Shown in pieces: positions 19,749-30,287 of a stretch of DNA of 64,000 nucleotides. The stretch is from a bacterium (lineage in GTDB: Bacteria > UBA8248). How positions within the stretch are numbered: position 1 is the stretch's first letter; every line of letters starts with the position of its first letter. The notes under the pieces are model-generated. The model saw only the letters and a program-made list of their open reading frames with translations, searched no databases and was not told the DNA's origin. The position numbers and the translations under genes are program-made. The stretch covers positions 864,001-928,000 of the forward strand of contig CBDATS010000004.1 in NCBI GenBank assembly GCA_965200245.1. The letters are read 5' to 3'.

Positions 19749-20711
19749 ATGAGACGCAACACAACCACTTTGATTGCGATAGCCATGTTGTTCCTTCTTG
19801 CCGGGTGTGGAGGCGGGGGACAGGGAAACACTGCGTCGATGGGTACCGGTGCCGTACCGACAGCGGGACAAGTCAAGGACGATACGGTTGCAAGAGTGGA
19901 ATCCGCCACCACGGTGCTCGCAAGTGATCAGCACGTGTTTCGCTTCGATGGGGAATCCTCGCGCACCTTCACGAAGTGCGAAGGCGCGGTATGCGGCATA
20001 AGCACGACTCCCGAGGGTCTGGATGGCGGATTGGCACGTGCTTTCGGCGACCCCACCAGATTTGACTTCGGAAGCAAACATTTCGCCGCTCGTCTGAAGG
20101 ATTCCCTGACGCTCAAGCCACATATTGAAACCATCCGTGGCGTCCAACTCGTGGAAGGCTTCGGCCTGCGCACCGGTGAAAGGGCATTCAGTGCAAGATT
20201 CTATGGTGGCTGGCTCGATGAGGGCGCTTTCTTCGTCAACCGGACAACCCTGACGATCCGGAACGAGCGAGGCATGCCCATCGGGCTTGGCGATGTCTTC
20301 GATTCCAGCGCCCTCGGTATGGCGAGCACTACGGCGCCGATGACCCGACAGGATATGTCCGCCACATGGGAAGGGGTGATGCTCGGTGTGGACGTGAGCG
20401 ACAACGTGACCCGCGGCCAGTTCGTGCGAGGCGATGTAACGATCGATATCCACGACCTCACCAATCCGGATGTCGACGTCACTTTCGACAATCTGCAGGA
20501 TCATGAAACCGGCGCCAGTCTGGACGGCAGGAACATCTCGCCTTGGGAGAACGTTCCGATCCAGGGCGGTGCATTCGGGGAAAAACCGACCGGCAGCAAT
20601 GACTACATTCAGGGGCACTTCGTTGGTTAGGGCCATACCGGCGCCGTGGGCGTCTTCGAGCGCGGCGAAATCGTAAGTTCCTTCGGCGCGAACAGACAGC
20701 GGGTCGAATAG
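19749..20711 (+). pseudogene. TbpB-like surface lipoprotein with an in-frame TAG at 20628-20630
   Basis: LLAGCGGGG lipobox; ATWEGVMLG, DVTFDNL, IQGHFVG*GHTGAVGVFERGEIVSSFGANR continues in frame to the TAG at 20709-20711. Confidence 0.75.
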
Positions 20712-20751
20712 ACTTCACCTTTGGTGATCGCGAAACGCACTCTTCCTTCCG

Positions 20752-21609
20752 CTAGAACTTCCTGAGCGGCGTCGCCTCCCGGCCGAAGAGTGCGGTTCTT
20801 GCAATGTTCCGGATTTCGAAATGTGATTTACGAAGCGTCTCGGGCGAATCCGCCAGCCAGCGGACAAACGCGCCCGGGCCTGTGAGCCGTGAACATCCGC
20901 CTGCAAGGCCGGAAGTTTCGGCCAGCATGGAATCGACCTGTTCTGTAATGCGGTTCAACTCTTCGTCCTTGCCGCCTGCCATGTAGAAAGAGCCCAGGTA
21001 GGGATAAGGTTCGAACAGGCCGAGGCGCTCGGGGTCGGAATCTCCCGGTCTTACCTTCATCACGTCGCGCAAGAGCGGCGCGCCCGCATAGTCGATATGC
21101 AGACTCGACATCAAGGAAGAGTAATCAAAATGCTCGCCCGAGGCGACGCGGCCATGATAGAGCGATTCCCCGTAGAGAAGCCGCGCGCCTTCTGCCATGG
21201 AGATTCTCGTCTCCTGCGCGTAGATGGAATCGGCATAGGGGATGACCGGGTCGGGCAGAAGTTCCAGACCACTCCCCTTGGCCATCTCGATTTGCGTGGT
21301 CGACACCACCGGCTCGCCCAAACTCTTGTATACCTTGGTCGCCCCCTGCGTCGTCCACACGACACGCGCGCCCTCATCGAGCGCGAGTTCAAGTTCCAGC
21401 AGGTCGCCGCCCACGTGCCCGCCCGTGGGGTTGATGAGCGTCATGTGGGCAAATGCCTCTCCCTCGGGGTAGAGGGGGCGTATCACCTGAAGCGGCACGC
21501 GAAAGAACGAATCCGCGAGATACGTTCGTCCGCTCGTGCTCGCGAACCGCGCGAGCGCGACGCCGTGGCGTCCCACACGGGAAGGGGCAGTGGCGATTGC
21601 GAGCGGCAT
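20752..21609 (-). CDS. ureD: Urease accessory protein UreD
   Basis: PLQVIRPLYPE, NPTGGHVGGD, TTQGATKVYKS, PDPVIPY; operon context. Confidence 0.92.
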   Translation of the reverse strand: MPLAIATAPSRVGRHGVALARFASTSGRTYLADSFFRVPLQVIRPLYPEGEAFAHMTLINPTGGHVGGDLLELELALDEGARVVWTTQGATKVYKSLGEPVVSTTQIEMAKGSGLELLPDPVIPYADSIYAQETRISMAEGARLLYGESLYHGRVASGEHFDYSSLMSSLHIDYAGAPLLRDVMKVRPGDSDPERLGLFEPYPYLGSFYMAGGKDEELNRITEQVDSMLAETSGLAGGCSRLTGPGAFVRWLADSPETLRKSHFEIRNIARTALFGREATPLRKF

Positions 21610-22223
21610 CAGGCCTCCACGAAGAGGAGTTCGCGCTCGATCCAGCCAATCACCTCATCGAGGCCCTGTTCCGCTTTCAGGTTCGTGAACAGAAACGGGC
21701 GCTCGCCGCGCATCTTGCGGGCGTCGCGATCCATGACTTCGAGACTCGCGTCCACGAGAGGGGCCAGATCTATTTTGTTGATCAGCAAAAGTTCGGAGCG
21801 CGTGATGCCGGGGCCGCCCTTTCGGGGAATCTTGTCCCCCGCCGACACGTCGATGACGTAGATCGAGGCGTCCACCAGTTCGGGACTGAATGTGGCGGCG
21901 AGGTTGTCGCCGCCGCTTTCCACGAAAATAATGTCCAGCGGATCGAAATCGCGCGCGAGGATTTCCATGGCTTCGCGGTTCAGGGATATGTCCTCGCGAA
22001 TGGCCGTGTGCGGACATCCGCCCGTCTCCACACCGGAGATGCGCTCGGGCGCGAGCGCACCGCTCCTAGTGAGGAACTCGGCATCCTCTTTCGTGTAGAT
22101 GTCGTTCGTCACGACAGCGATGGCGTACCGATCACGCATCCGCTTGCACAACCTGTCCACCAGGGCGGTCTTGCCGGAACCGACCGGCCCGCCCACGCCT
22201 ATCTTTACGGGCGACCTGTTCAT
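21609..22223 (-). CDS. ureG: Urease accessory GTPase UreG
   Basis: [35 protein letters not shown]. Confidence 0.98.
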   Translation of the reverse strand: MNRSPVKIGVGGPVGSGKTALVDRLCKRMRDRYAIAVVTNDIYTKEDAEFLTRSGALAPERISGVETGGCPHTAIREDISLNREAMEILARDFDPLDIIFVESGGDNLAATFSPELVDASIYVIDVSAGDKIPRKGGPGITRSELLLINKIDLAPLVDASLEVMDRDARKMRGERPFLFTNLKAEQGLDEVIGWIERELLFVEA

Positions 22224-22238
22224 CTTTCTTCCTCCTCT

Positions 22239-22919
22239 TCAAGAAACAAACAAGCGCGTGTGCAGCCTCCGGTGTGTCATGGCCCGTATCTCGTGTCCCG
22301 GCCCCCAGGAATGCGCGTCTTCCAGTGAAAGCGCGGTTGCGGTCTTGACCGCCTCGCGCACCATGTCTTCTGCGTTCGAGATGACGCGCTGTCCCTCGGT
22401 TTGTCCGAGCGGAACCAGCCGAACGGCGGCGGAGACCAGACCTGACACCACGCCGTAGCAAAGCGATTCGAGCATCTCCTCGCAACCAAGTCCCAAGGAT
22501 TCGGCGACGCAACCGAGTACTATCGGGTAGTGGCCTGAAGTTCGCTCCAGCCTTGCCTCCTCTTCCAGTTCGTCCAGAAAAGGATCCTCGATAAAACCCC
22601 GCGCCGATCTCAGGAACTGACGCCCCACACTCCTGCTCGCATCGCGCAATGATTTGACGAGCCGTGCTGCGTCGTAGGCGGCGTCGAGCGTGAGGACTTT
22701 CGGCAGGTCGTCCTCTCCTTTCGCCAGAAAAGCCTCGCGCAGGTAGACGCCGTCGAGCGTCGCCACGCTGTGGTGCAGTACGGAAGCGATGAACTCTTCA
22801 AGCTCTCCGGCGGAGGCGATGCGTCCTTCCGTCACGTAGGTCTCGAGCCCGTAGGAGTGGGCAAAGGCACCGCGCGGAAACGCCGAATCCGAAATCTGCA
22901 GGAGTCTGTAGATGTTCAT
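22239..22919 (-). CDS. ureF: Urease accessory protein UreF
   Basis: DSAFPRGAFAHSYGLE, AVRLVPLGQTEGQ, C-terminal RLFVS. Confidence 0.95.
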   Translation of the reverse strand: MNIYRLLQISDSAFPRGAFAHSYGLETYVTEGRIASAGELEEFIASVLHHSVATLDGVYLREAFLAKGEDDLPKVLTLDAAYDAARLVKSLRDASRSVGRQFLRSARGFIEDPFLDELEEEARLERTSGHYPIVLGCVAESLGLGCEEMLESLCYGVVSGLVSAAVRLVPLGQTEGQRVISNAEDMVREAVKTATALSLEDAHSWGPGHEIRAMTHRRLHTRLFVS

Positions 22920-22922
22920 CTT

Positions 22923-23369
22923 CTAGTGATGGCGAGAGTGAAAGGCGCCGAAATCATGGGTGAAGGGTTCTTTCGTTTTCTCGCACCTGACGCCCATCTT
23001 GACGAAATAGGCCTCCAGCACGGAGTCGTAGGGCGTCAGGACACGGCCGTCCCGAACACATATCGGCGCGTGGCGGTTTCCCACCTGATAGCAGAGGCGG
23101 CCCATCTCTACGGGCGATTCCGGGTGGAGAACAAGCATATCTTCGGGAATCGCGACGACTGCCACCACACGCTCTTCATCCTCGAAGAGAATGTCGCCCT
23201 CCCTGAGTGGCTGCCCGGTCTGCAGGGCAACGCCAAGTTCGGTACCTGAATCGGAACGCAAACGCTGGCGGCTCCTGAGCCTGTCCTCCCAGCCCAGGGC
23301 CACGTGCTCGACGCGCCTTCTTTCATCGGCGCAGAGCCTGCCGCGTATCCCTTCCACGAGGATCATCAC
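22923..23369 (-). CDS. ureE: Urease nickel chaperone UreE
   Basis: RSRQRL, LREGDIL, YQVGNRH, His-containing tail. Confidence 0.92.
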   Translation of the reverse strand: MMILVEGIRGRLCADERRRVEHVALGWEDRLRSRQRLRSDSGTELGVALQTGQPLREGDILFEDEERVVAVVAIPEDMLVLHPESPVEMGRLCYQVGNRHAPICVRDGRVLTPYDSVLEAYFVKMGVRCEKTKEPFTHDFGAFHSRHH

Positions 23370-23375
23370 CGCCCC

Positions 23376-25088
23376 CTAGAAAAGAAAATACCGCTGTGCC
23401 ATGGGAAGCACCTGCGCGGGTTCGCAGGCGAGCGTCTCCCCGTCCGCCTTCACGACGTATGTCTCGGGGTCTACTTCCATTACCGGCAGGGCATCGTTCA
23501 GCCGCATATCCTTCTTGCCGACCCCGCGGCAATTCAAGACGGGCGCCACGATTTTGGTGAGGCTGAGCGACTCGCCTATGTCCTCGAGCGCCGCCGCCTG
23601 GGATACGAATGCGTACGACGTACGCCCGACCGCCCCTCCCATCGATCCGAACATGGGGCGGCCCAGTACGGGCTGCGGCGTGGGGATGGAGGCGTTGGGG
23701 TCGCCCATCGCCGCGTGGGCGATAAAACCGCCCTTCACCACGACCTCGGGCTTCACGCCGAAAAAAGCGGGCTTCCAGAGGACCAGGTCGGCCATCTTGC
23801 CGACCTCGACCGATCCCACGTAATCGGAAATACCGTGGGCTATCGCGGGATTGATGGTGTATTTCGCCACGTAGCGCTTCGCCCGGAAGTTGTCGTTGGC
23901 TCCACTATCCTCGGCCAGGGCACCACGCTGGCGCTTCATCTTGTCCGCCGTCTGCCAGGTTCGGATGACGACCTCGCCCACGCGGCCCATTGCCTGGGAG
24001 TCGGAACCCATCATGCTGAACGCGCCCATGTCGTGGAGAATGTCTTCCGCCGCGATGGTCTCCGCCCGGATTCTCGATTCGGCGAAGGCAACGTCTTCAG
24101 GAATCTTGCTGTCCAGGTGGTGGCACACCATGAGCATGTCGAGATGCTCGTCTACCGTGTTCACCGTGAAAGGCCGCGTAGGATTCGTCGAGGATGGCAG
24201 CACGTTCGCTTCCCCGCACACGCGGATGATGTCAGGCGCGTGGCCGCCGCCCGCCCCTTCCGTGTGATAGGTGTGGATGGTGCGGTTCCTGAACGCGGCC
24301 ATGGAAGTTTCGACGAAGCCTGACTCATTGAGCGTGTCGGTATGGATACATACCTGCACGTCCATATCTTCCGCCACGCCGAGGCAGCAATCGATCGCAG
24401 CGGGTGTTGTTCCCCAGTCCTCATGGAGTTTCAGCCCGACGGCGCCCGCCTGGATCTGTTCGATAAGTGGACCGGGGCGAGAGGCGTTGCCCTTGCCCAG
24501 AAAACCCAGGTTCATGGGGTAGGCTTCCGCCGCCTGGAGCATCCGGGCGATGTTCCACGCCCCCGGCGTGCAGGTGGTGGCGTTCGTGCCCGTGGCAGGG
24601 CCGGTTCCACCACCGAACATGGTGGTAACGCCCGAGGAGAGCGCCTCGTCTATCTGCTGGGGACAGATGAAGTGAATGTGGGTGTCAATGCCGCCCGCGG
24701 TGAGAATCATTCCCTCCCCCGCCAGTACTTCCGTGGCGGCACCGATCGTCATGTCCACCCCCTGCATCAGGTGCGGATTCCCGGACTTTCCCACCCCTGC
24801 GATCTTCCCGTCCTTGATTCCCACGTCCGCCTTCACCACGCCCCAGTAATCGAGAATCAGCGCGTTGGTGATGAGCAGATCGAGCGCATCGGCCTCGCGT
24901 GTCTCGGTGGGGGATTGCCCCATGCCGTCCCTGATCACCTTGCCGCCGCCGAATTTCGACTCATCGCCGTAGACGGTGTGGTCTTCTTCGACCTCGATGA
25001 AGAGTTCGGTGTCCGCAAGGCGAACCTTGTCCCCCACCGTGGGGCCGAACATGTCGGCGTAGGCGCGCCTGTCCATTCGATACGCCAT
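23376..25088 (-). CDS. ureC: Urease alpha subunit
   Basis: [55 protein letters not shown]. Confidence 0.99.
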   Translation of the reverse strand: MAYRMDRRAYADMFGPTVGDKVRLADTELFIEVEEDHTVYGDESKFGGGKVIRDGMGQSPTETREADALDLLITNALILDYWGVVKADVGIKDGKIAGVGKSGNPHLMQGVDMTIGAATEVLAGEGMILTAGGIDTHIHFICPQQIDEALSSGVTTMFGGGTGPATGTNATTCTPGAWNIARMLQAAEAYPMNLGFLGKGNASRPGPLIEQIQAGAVGLKLHEDWGTTPAAIDCCLGVAEDMDVQVCIHTDTLNESGFVETSMAAFRNRTIHTYHTEGAGGGHAPDIIRVCGEANVLPSSTNPTRPFTVNTVDEHLDMLMVCHHLDSKIPEDVAFAESRIRAETIAAEDILHDMGAFSMMGSDSQAMGRVGEVVIRTWQTADKMKRQRGALAEDSGANDNFRAKRYVAKYTINPAIAHGISDYVGSVEVGKMADLVLWKPAFFGVKPEVVVKGGFIAHAAMGDPNASIPTPQPVLGRPMFGSMGGAVGRTSYAFVSQAAALEDIGESLSLTKIVAPVLNCRGVGKKDMRLNDALPVMEVDPETYVVKADGETLACEPAQVLPMAQRYFLF

Positions 25089-25459
25089 TACTCCGCCCCC
25101 CCGTAGCCCTCGTTGCGGGCTTTCTCAAATGCGCTCTCGCGCACAGCGGACGAATCGAGCGCGCCATCGGTGAGCGCGTTCAGCCCTATGACGATACGCG
25201 CGCCCGCGAAGGCGATGAGCGTCACTTCCTTCTCGTCGCCCGGCTCTAAGCGCACCGCCGTTCCCGCCGGGATGTCGAGCCGCATCCCGAAAGCCGCCTT
25301 CCTGTCGAAATCGAGCAGGCGGTTCACTTCAAGGAAATGAAAGTGCGAGCCCACCTGGATGGGCCTGTCGCCTCGGTTCGCCACGAGAAGCGAGATGGTT
25401 TCGCGCCCTTCGTTCAGGACGATCTCGCCCTCCGCCAGGATATATTCGCCGGGTATCAT
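25088..25459 (-). CDS. ureB: Urease beta subunit
   Basis: [28 protein letters not shown]. Confidence 0.98.
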   Translation of the reverse strand: MIPGEYILAEGEIVLNEGRETISLLVANRGDRPIQVGSHFHFLEVNRLLDFDRKAAFGMRLDIPAGTAVRLEPGDEKEVTLIAFAGARIVIGLNALTDGALDSSAVRESAFEKARNEGYGGAE

Positions 25460-25469
25460 GGGATCTCCC

Positions 25470-25775
25470 TCAGACCCGTATCGGGTCGTGCACCGTCACG
25501 AGCTTGGTCCCGTCCGGGAACGTACCCTCGACCTGCACCTCGTGAATCATCTCGGGCACGCCTTCCATCACGTCGTCACGGGTAAGAATCGTCGCGCCGT
25601 ATCGCATCAGTTCGGCCACGGATCTGCCGTCGCGCGCGCCTTCGAGCACCTCGGCCGTGATGATGCTGACGGCTTCCGGATAATTGAGCTTGAGGCCTCG
25701 CGCGCGGCGTTTTCGTGCCAACTCCGCCGCCACGAAAACGAGGAGTTTCTCCTGCTCCCTCGGGGTCAGGTGCAT
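25470..25775 (-). CDS. ureA: Urease gamma subunit
   Basis: [29 protein letters not shown]. Confidence 0.98.
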   Translation of the reverse strand: MHLTPREQEKLLVFVAAELARKRRARGLKLNYPEAVSIITAEVLEGARDGRSVAELMRYGATILTRDDVMEGVPEMIHEVQVEGTFPDGTKLVTVHDPIRV

Positions 25776-25811
25776 CGTCTGCCTCCTGTCAGAAAACTGC
25801 TGTGATCGGCC

Positions 25812-26507
25812 CTACGCGGTCAGGCGGTCGAGCAGCGCTACGTCACACTCGCCCTCCGCTACACCCGTGGCCGTGAATTCCCCTTTTTCCATGACGTAGT
25901 ATCGATCCGCAAGCCGCCAGGCGAACTCCAGGTATTGCTCCACCAGAATGATGCCCATATCGCCGCGTTGTTTGATCTCCCACAGAACATTCTCGATATC
26001 CATGATGATGGAAGGCTGTATACCTTCGGTCGGTTCATCGAGCAGAAGCAGTTTCGGCTCGCTCACCAGCGCGCGTGCGATGGCGAGTTGCTGCTGCTGT
26101 CCGCCACTCAGCACGCCCCCCTTTCTCCCGAGCATCTCCTGAAGCACCGGAAAAAGCTTGAAAACGCCCTCGTCATAATTTATGGGACGACGTGGGTGGG
26201 CTTCCAGCCCCAGCAGGAGATTCTCGTGCACGCTGAGCTGCGGGAAAATCTCCCGTCCCTGGGGGACGTAGGCGACTCCCAGCTTTGCGCGCGCCTCGGG
26301 TCTGGCCGCGGTGACGTCCTGTTCCAGGAACGAAATTTTCCCGGCCTCTGGCCTCAACAGGCCGATGATCGATTTCAGGAACGTGGTCTTTCCCATACCG
26401 TTTCTGCCAATGACGCCCACTATCTCGCCGGGGTGCACTTCCATATCAAGACCCCGCAGAATGTGGCTCTCCCCATAGCAGGCGTGCAGATCCTCGACCC
26501 TAAGCAT
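25812..26507 (-). CDS. urtE: Urea ABC transporter ATPase UrtE
   Basis: YGESHIL, GRNGMGKTT, YVPQGREIF, LSGGQQQQLAI, DEPTEGIQPS. Confidence 0.93.
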   Translation of the reverse strand: MLRVEDLHACYGESHILRGLDMEVHPGEIVGVIGRNGMGKTTFLKSIIGLLRPEAGKISFLEQDVTAARPEARAKLGVAYVPQGREIFPQLSVHENLLLGLEAHPRRPINYDEGVFKLFPVLQEMLGRKGGVLSGGQQQQLAIARALVSEPKLLLLDEPTEGIQPSIIMDIENVLWEIKQRGDMGIILVEQYLEFAWRLADRYYVMEKGEFTATGVAEGECDVALLDRLTA

Positions 26508-27267
26508 ATTCCTCTCTGCCCCTGCCCAGATAGAGTTCGATGACCCGTTCGTCCTTGTGCACGTGGTCAATGGAACCCTCGCATATAACCGCGCCTTCGT
26601 GCAGCACGGTGACGCGCTCGGCTATCTCGCGCACAAACTTCATATCGTGTTCGATGATGAGCACCGAACGGTGTTCGGCGATTTGCCTCAATAATGCCGC
26701 CGTCTTCTCCGTCTCCCGATCGGACATGCCGGCCACGGGCTCATCCACCAACAGAAGGTCCGGGTCCTGCACCACCACCATGCCGATTTCGAGCCACTGT
26801 TTCTCGCCGTGCGCCAGAAGTCCGGCCCGCCAGTCACTTTTGGACGCGAGTCCGATAACGTCAAGTGTCTCCTCGACTCTCGCGCGCGCTTCAGCCGTGG
26901 CCCCGCCGAAAAGAAGGGAACTCAACTTCTTGTCCTGCTTCACGGAGAGTTCGAGATTGTCGCGCACCGTCAGATTCTCGTAAATCGTCGGTGTCTGGAA
27001 TTTTCTGCCGATGCCCGCATTCGATATTTCTTCCTGGTGCATTCGCGCGAGGTCGGTTTTCTCCTTGAAGATCACCCGCCCCAAATCGGGTTTCACCTTT
27101 CCGGTCACGACGTCGAGCAGGGTGGTCTTGCCCGCCCCGTTCGGCCCGATGACGCAGCGCAGTTCTCCCTTGTCCATGCTGAAGTTGAGCGCGTTCAATG
27201 CCTTGAAGCCGTCGAAAACGACGAACACATCTTCCATGTAAAGTATGCTTTTCGACGTAAGCGTCAT
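26500..27267 (-). CDS. urtD: Urea ABC transporter ATPase UrtD
   Basis: FDGFKALN, GPNGAGKTT, GRKFQTP, HGEKQWLEIGM, EHDM. Confidence 0.94.
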   Translation of the reverse strand: MTLTSKSILYMEDVFVVFDGFKALNALNFSMDKGELRCVIGPNGAGKTTLLDVVTGKVKPDLGRVIFKEKTDLARMHQEEISNAGIGRKFQTPTIYENLTVRDNLELSVKQDKKLSSLLFGGATAEARARVEETLDVIGLASKSDWRAGLLAHGEKQWLEIGMVVVQDPDLLLVDEPVAGMSDRETEKTAALLRQIAEHRSVLIIEHDMKFVREIAERVTVLHEGAVICEGSIDHVHKDERVIELYLGRGREEYA

Positions 27268-27276
27268 GCCCTTCTC

Positions 27277-28443
27277 CTAGCCTTCGCTGCCCAGAGTCGC
27301 GAGAGACTCATCCCCCGCAGCCGGACGCCTCGAGCGGCGGATCCATTTCTCAAGCTTACGGGGAATGTCGCGCGCCATGCCGACGACCCCGTCCGGGAAA
27401 AACTGCACCATGAGGATGAATATGCCACCCAGGAAATAAAGCCAGTAATCCGGATAACTCGACGTGAGATAACTCCGCGCCCAGTTTACCCCCATGGCAC
27501 CGATGACGGCGCCGATGAGCGACCCCCGCCCGCCGACCGCTACCCAGATGACCATCTCGATGGAGGGCAGTACGCCGATCCGCCCAGGCGTGATGATGCC
27601 CACCTGGGGCACGTACAGCGCGCCCGCGAGACCCGCCAGCATGGCGGAGACAGTGAAGACGAACACCTTGTAGTTCGTAGGCGTGTAGCCGGAATAAAGC
27701 ACGCGGTTCTCCGCGTCACGGATCGCGAGAAGGATCTTGCCTGCGCGCGATTTCACTATCCTGCGGCACAGCAGATACGCACCGCAAAGCGCAAGAGCGG
27801 TAACGACGTAAAGCCCCCGCTGTGTGGACGCTTCCGTGAGCGTGAAGCCGAGCATCTTCTTGAAGTTGGTGAGACCGTTCGTTCCGCCCAGGTTCACCTC
27901 ATTTCGATTGAAGACCAGCCAGGCGGAGAGCGCTAGCGTCTGCGTAATGATGGCGAAGTACACGCCACGCACCCTCGTTCTGAAAGCGAGGAAACCGAAC
28001 ATGGCCGCCAATGCGCCGGGCACCAGCACCACCGCAAGCGTGGTGAAGGAAAACGAATGGAAAGGTTTCCAGAACAAGGGCAGTTCCTTCACCCGGTTCC
28101 AGACCATGAAGTCGGGTAACTTGCTCTGGTAGACGCCCTCGCCAACGATCTCGAGCGTCAGGTACATACCCATGCAATACGCACCCAGACCGAAGAACAC
28201 GCCATGGCCCATACTCAGGATGCCTGTGTAGCCCCATATCAAGTCGAGACCCAGCACCAGGATGGCGTAGGCCAGGAACTTGCCGAACAGGTTGAGCGTG
28301 AAATCCGAGATGTGAAAAAACGTGCCCGGTGTCCCGAAGGCGTTGAGCGAGGGCATTGCGACGAGGAACCAGAACGCCGCGACGACGAGAGCGACGCCGC
28401 CGACTTTCTTCTCCATCCTGTCCACCAAAGTTTCACCCTGCAT
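27277..28443 (-). CDS. urtC: Urea ABC transporter permease UrtC
   Basis: DLIWGYTGILS, LPDFM, GVYFAIITQ, GGTNGL, VAVGGRGSL. Confidence 0.94.
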   Translation of the reverse strand: MQGETLVDRMEKKVGGVALVVAAFWFLVAMPSLNAFGTPGTFFHISDFTLNLFGKFLAYAILVLGLDLIWGYTGILSMGHGVFFGLGAYCMGMYLTLEIVGEGVYQSKLPDFMVWNRVKELPLFWKPFHSFSFTTLAVVLVPGALAAMFGFLAFRTRVRGVYFAIITQTLALSAWLVFNRNEVNLGGTNGLTNFKKMLGFTLTEASTQRGLYVVTALALCGAYLLCRRIVKSRAGKILLAIRDAENRVLYSGYTPTNYKVFVFTVSAMLAGLAGALYVPQVGIITPGRIGVLPSIEMVIWVAVGGRGSLIGAVIGAMGVNWARSYLTSSYPDYWLYFLGGIFILMVQFFPDGVVGMARDIPRKLEKWIRRSRRPAAGDESLATLGSEG

Positions 28444-28449
28444 CGCGTA

Positions 28450-30180
28450 TCAAGCCCCTCTCGTGCGGATGGCAAACAGCCCCTCCGGCCTTCTCTGCAG
28501 GAAGAGGATCACCAGAACCAGAATCACCACCTTGCCGAACACCGCGCCCATTGCAGGCTCGAGCATCTTGTTCATTCCCCCGATGCCGAAGCCCGCCACA
28601 ATGGTCCCCAGAATCTTGCCCACGCCACCCGTCACCACCACCATGAAAGAATCCACGATGTAGTTCTGCCCCAGGTCGGGACCCACGTTCCCGACCTGGC
28701 TCAGGGCCGCGCCCGCCATGCCAGCCAGCCCCGCGCCGAATGCGAACGTGCCCGCATCCACCCGGCGGGAGGGAACACCCAGGCAGGTACTCATGCCCCG
28801 GTTCTGGGTGACGGCGCGAATTCGCAGGCCCGCCCTCGTGCGGAAGAGGAACAGATACGTACCGGCCACGCAGAAAGCGGCCAGCGCGATGATGAACATG
28901 CGATTGCAAGGGAACTGAATGCCCACCATCAGGTGATAGCCCCCGCTCAACCACTCGGGGGACTTCACGTCCACGTTCTGCGCGCCGAACACCTGGCGAA
29001 CAGCTTGTTGAAGCAACAGGCTGACCCCCCAGGTGGTCAGCAGCGTCTCCAACGGCCTGCCGTAGAGATGGCGGATGATGGAAATCTCCATGAGATATCC
29101 CATCAGCGCCGAGGCCAGAAAGGCAACGGGAAGCGCAAGTATGAAATAATAGCCGAAGTAATTTTGCGGCAGATAGGAGATGAACACGTCCTGGATGATG
29201 AAGGTGGCGTAAGCTCCCAGCATCATCAATTCCCCGTGCGCCATGTTGATGACGCCCATAAGGCCAAAAACGATGGCCAGTCCCAGCGCCATAAGCAACA
29301 GGATGGACCCCAGGCTCAAGCCCCGGAACAAGGTGCTGACGATTGAGGTCCAACTCAGGTAGCTCTCGATATCCTTTGTGGCCTCGCTCGCCGCGGCGCG
29401 TACGGCGGGTGATGCGTCCTTGTTCGCCAGGCGCTTTAGCTCCGTGAACGCGTTCAGCCCGTGAATTTCGCCGAGCACGGCAGCGGCCGAGCACCGCTGC
29501 TGCGGATCCGGCGACTTGAGCCGGATCAACGCCTTCGCCTCTACGAGCGCATGGCGACCCAGCCAGTGGTCTTCTTTCTCAAGCACCTTGTCGAGTAGCG
29601 GAATCAGGTTCCTGTCCCCTACCCTCGCCATGCGCGTCGCAGCGGCGCGACGGACGTTCGGGTCGTCGGAATAGAGTTGCATCGAGCTTTGGAGCTGGTT
29701 CAGGTAGGGTCTGATGGCCCGGCGGATTCTTCTGCTGGCACGGATTTCGTTCAGCTCGCTATCCGCTGCGAAAAGAGGTTTACCGTCCTGAGTGCTGATC
29801 CGTTTCTTTCCGTGGATCGAGAAAAGAGGAACGAATTCGATGTCGGCTCGCGTCACGGCGTCACCACCGATAACGAACCGGGCCTCTCCCGATTCGGACT
29901 TCCAGCGATAAAGGCTGCCCTCGCGAAGCGCCAACAGAAGGGGTAGCAGCTTTGGCTCGAGGCGCTTCGCAAGGGTGAGGGCAGCGCGTCGTTTTTTCTT
30001 TCTGTTTTTTGATCCTAACTGCGCGATTTCCGCCTGGATTTCCGGTGAAAACGATCCGGTCTGCGCCTCTCCCCTTGCGGCCATGCCAAAGCCAAGCGCG
30101 AAAACCAAGATCAGGACGCGGGATATGAATCCTCGCGAGAACCTTCCACGCGGAATCGCCTTCATGCCGGCTTGCTGCAT
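28450..30180 (-). CDS. urtB: Urea ABC transporter permease UrtB with N-terminal HEAT-like periplasmic domain
   Basis: GLAIVFGLMGVINMAHGE, LYGRPLETLL, YIVDSFMVVVTGG, RPEGLF. Confidence 0.93.
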   Translation of the reverse strand: MQQAGMKAIPRGRFSRGFISRVLILVFALGFGMAARGEAQTGSFSPEIQAEIAQLGSKNRKKKRRAALTLAKRLEPKLLPLLLALREGSLYRWKSESGEARFVIGGDAVTRADIEFVPLFSIHGKKRISTQDGKPLFAADSELNEIRASRRIRRAIRPYLNQLQSSMQLYSDDPNVRRAAATRMARVGDRNLIPLLDKVLEKEDHWLGRHALVEAKALIRLKSPDPQQRCSAAAVLGEIHGLNAFTELKRLANKDASPAVRAAASEATKDIESYLSWTSIVSTLFRGLSLGSILLLMALGLAIVFGLMGVINMAHGELMMLGAYATFIIQDVFISYLPQNYFGYYFILALPVAFLASALMGYLMEISIIRHLYGRPLETLLTTWGVSLLLQQAVRQVFGAQNVDVKSPEWLSGGYHLMVGIQFPCNRMFIIALAAFCVAGTYLFLFRTRAGLRIRAVTQNRGMSTCLGVPSRRVDAGTFAFGAGLAGMAGAALSQVGNVGPDLGQNYIVDSFMVVVTGGVGKILGTIVAGFGIGGMNKMLEPAMGAVFGKVVILVLVILFLQRRPEGLFAIRTRGA

Positions 30181-30287
30181 ACCCCCTCCTTCGCCGTATC
30201 TGGTATATCGCCGGTATTTGCGATTCGCTGTTTTTTGGGCCGCCCGTAGGGGAAGCCATGGTTTGCTCCCCCCGGCGGTTCTTGCGA

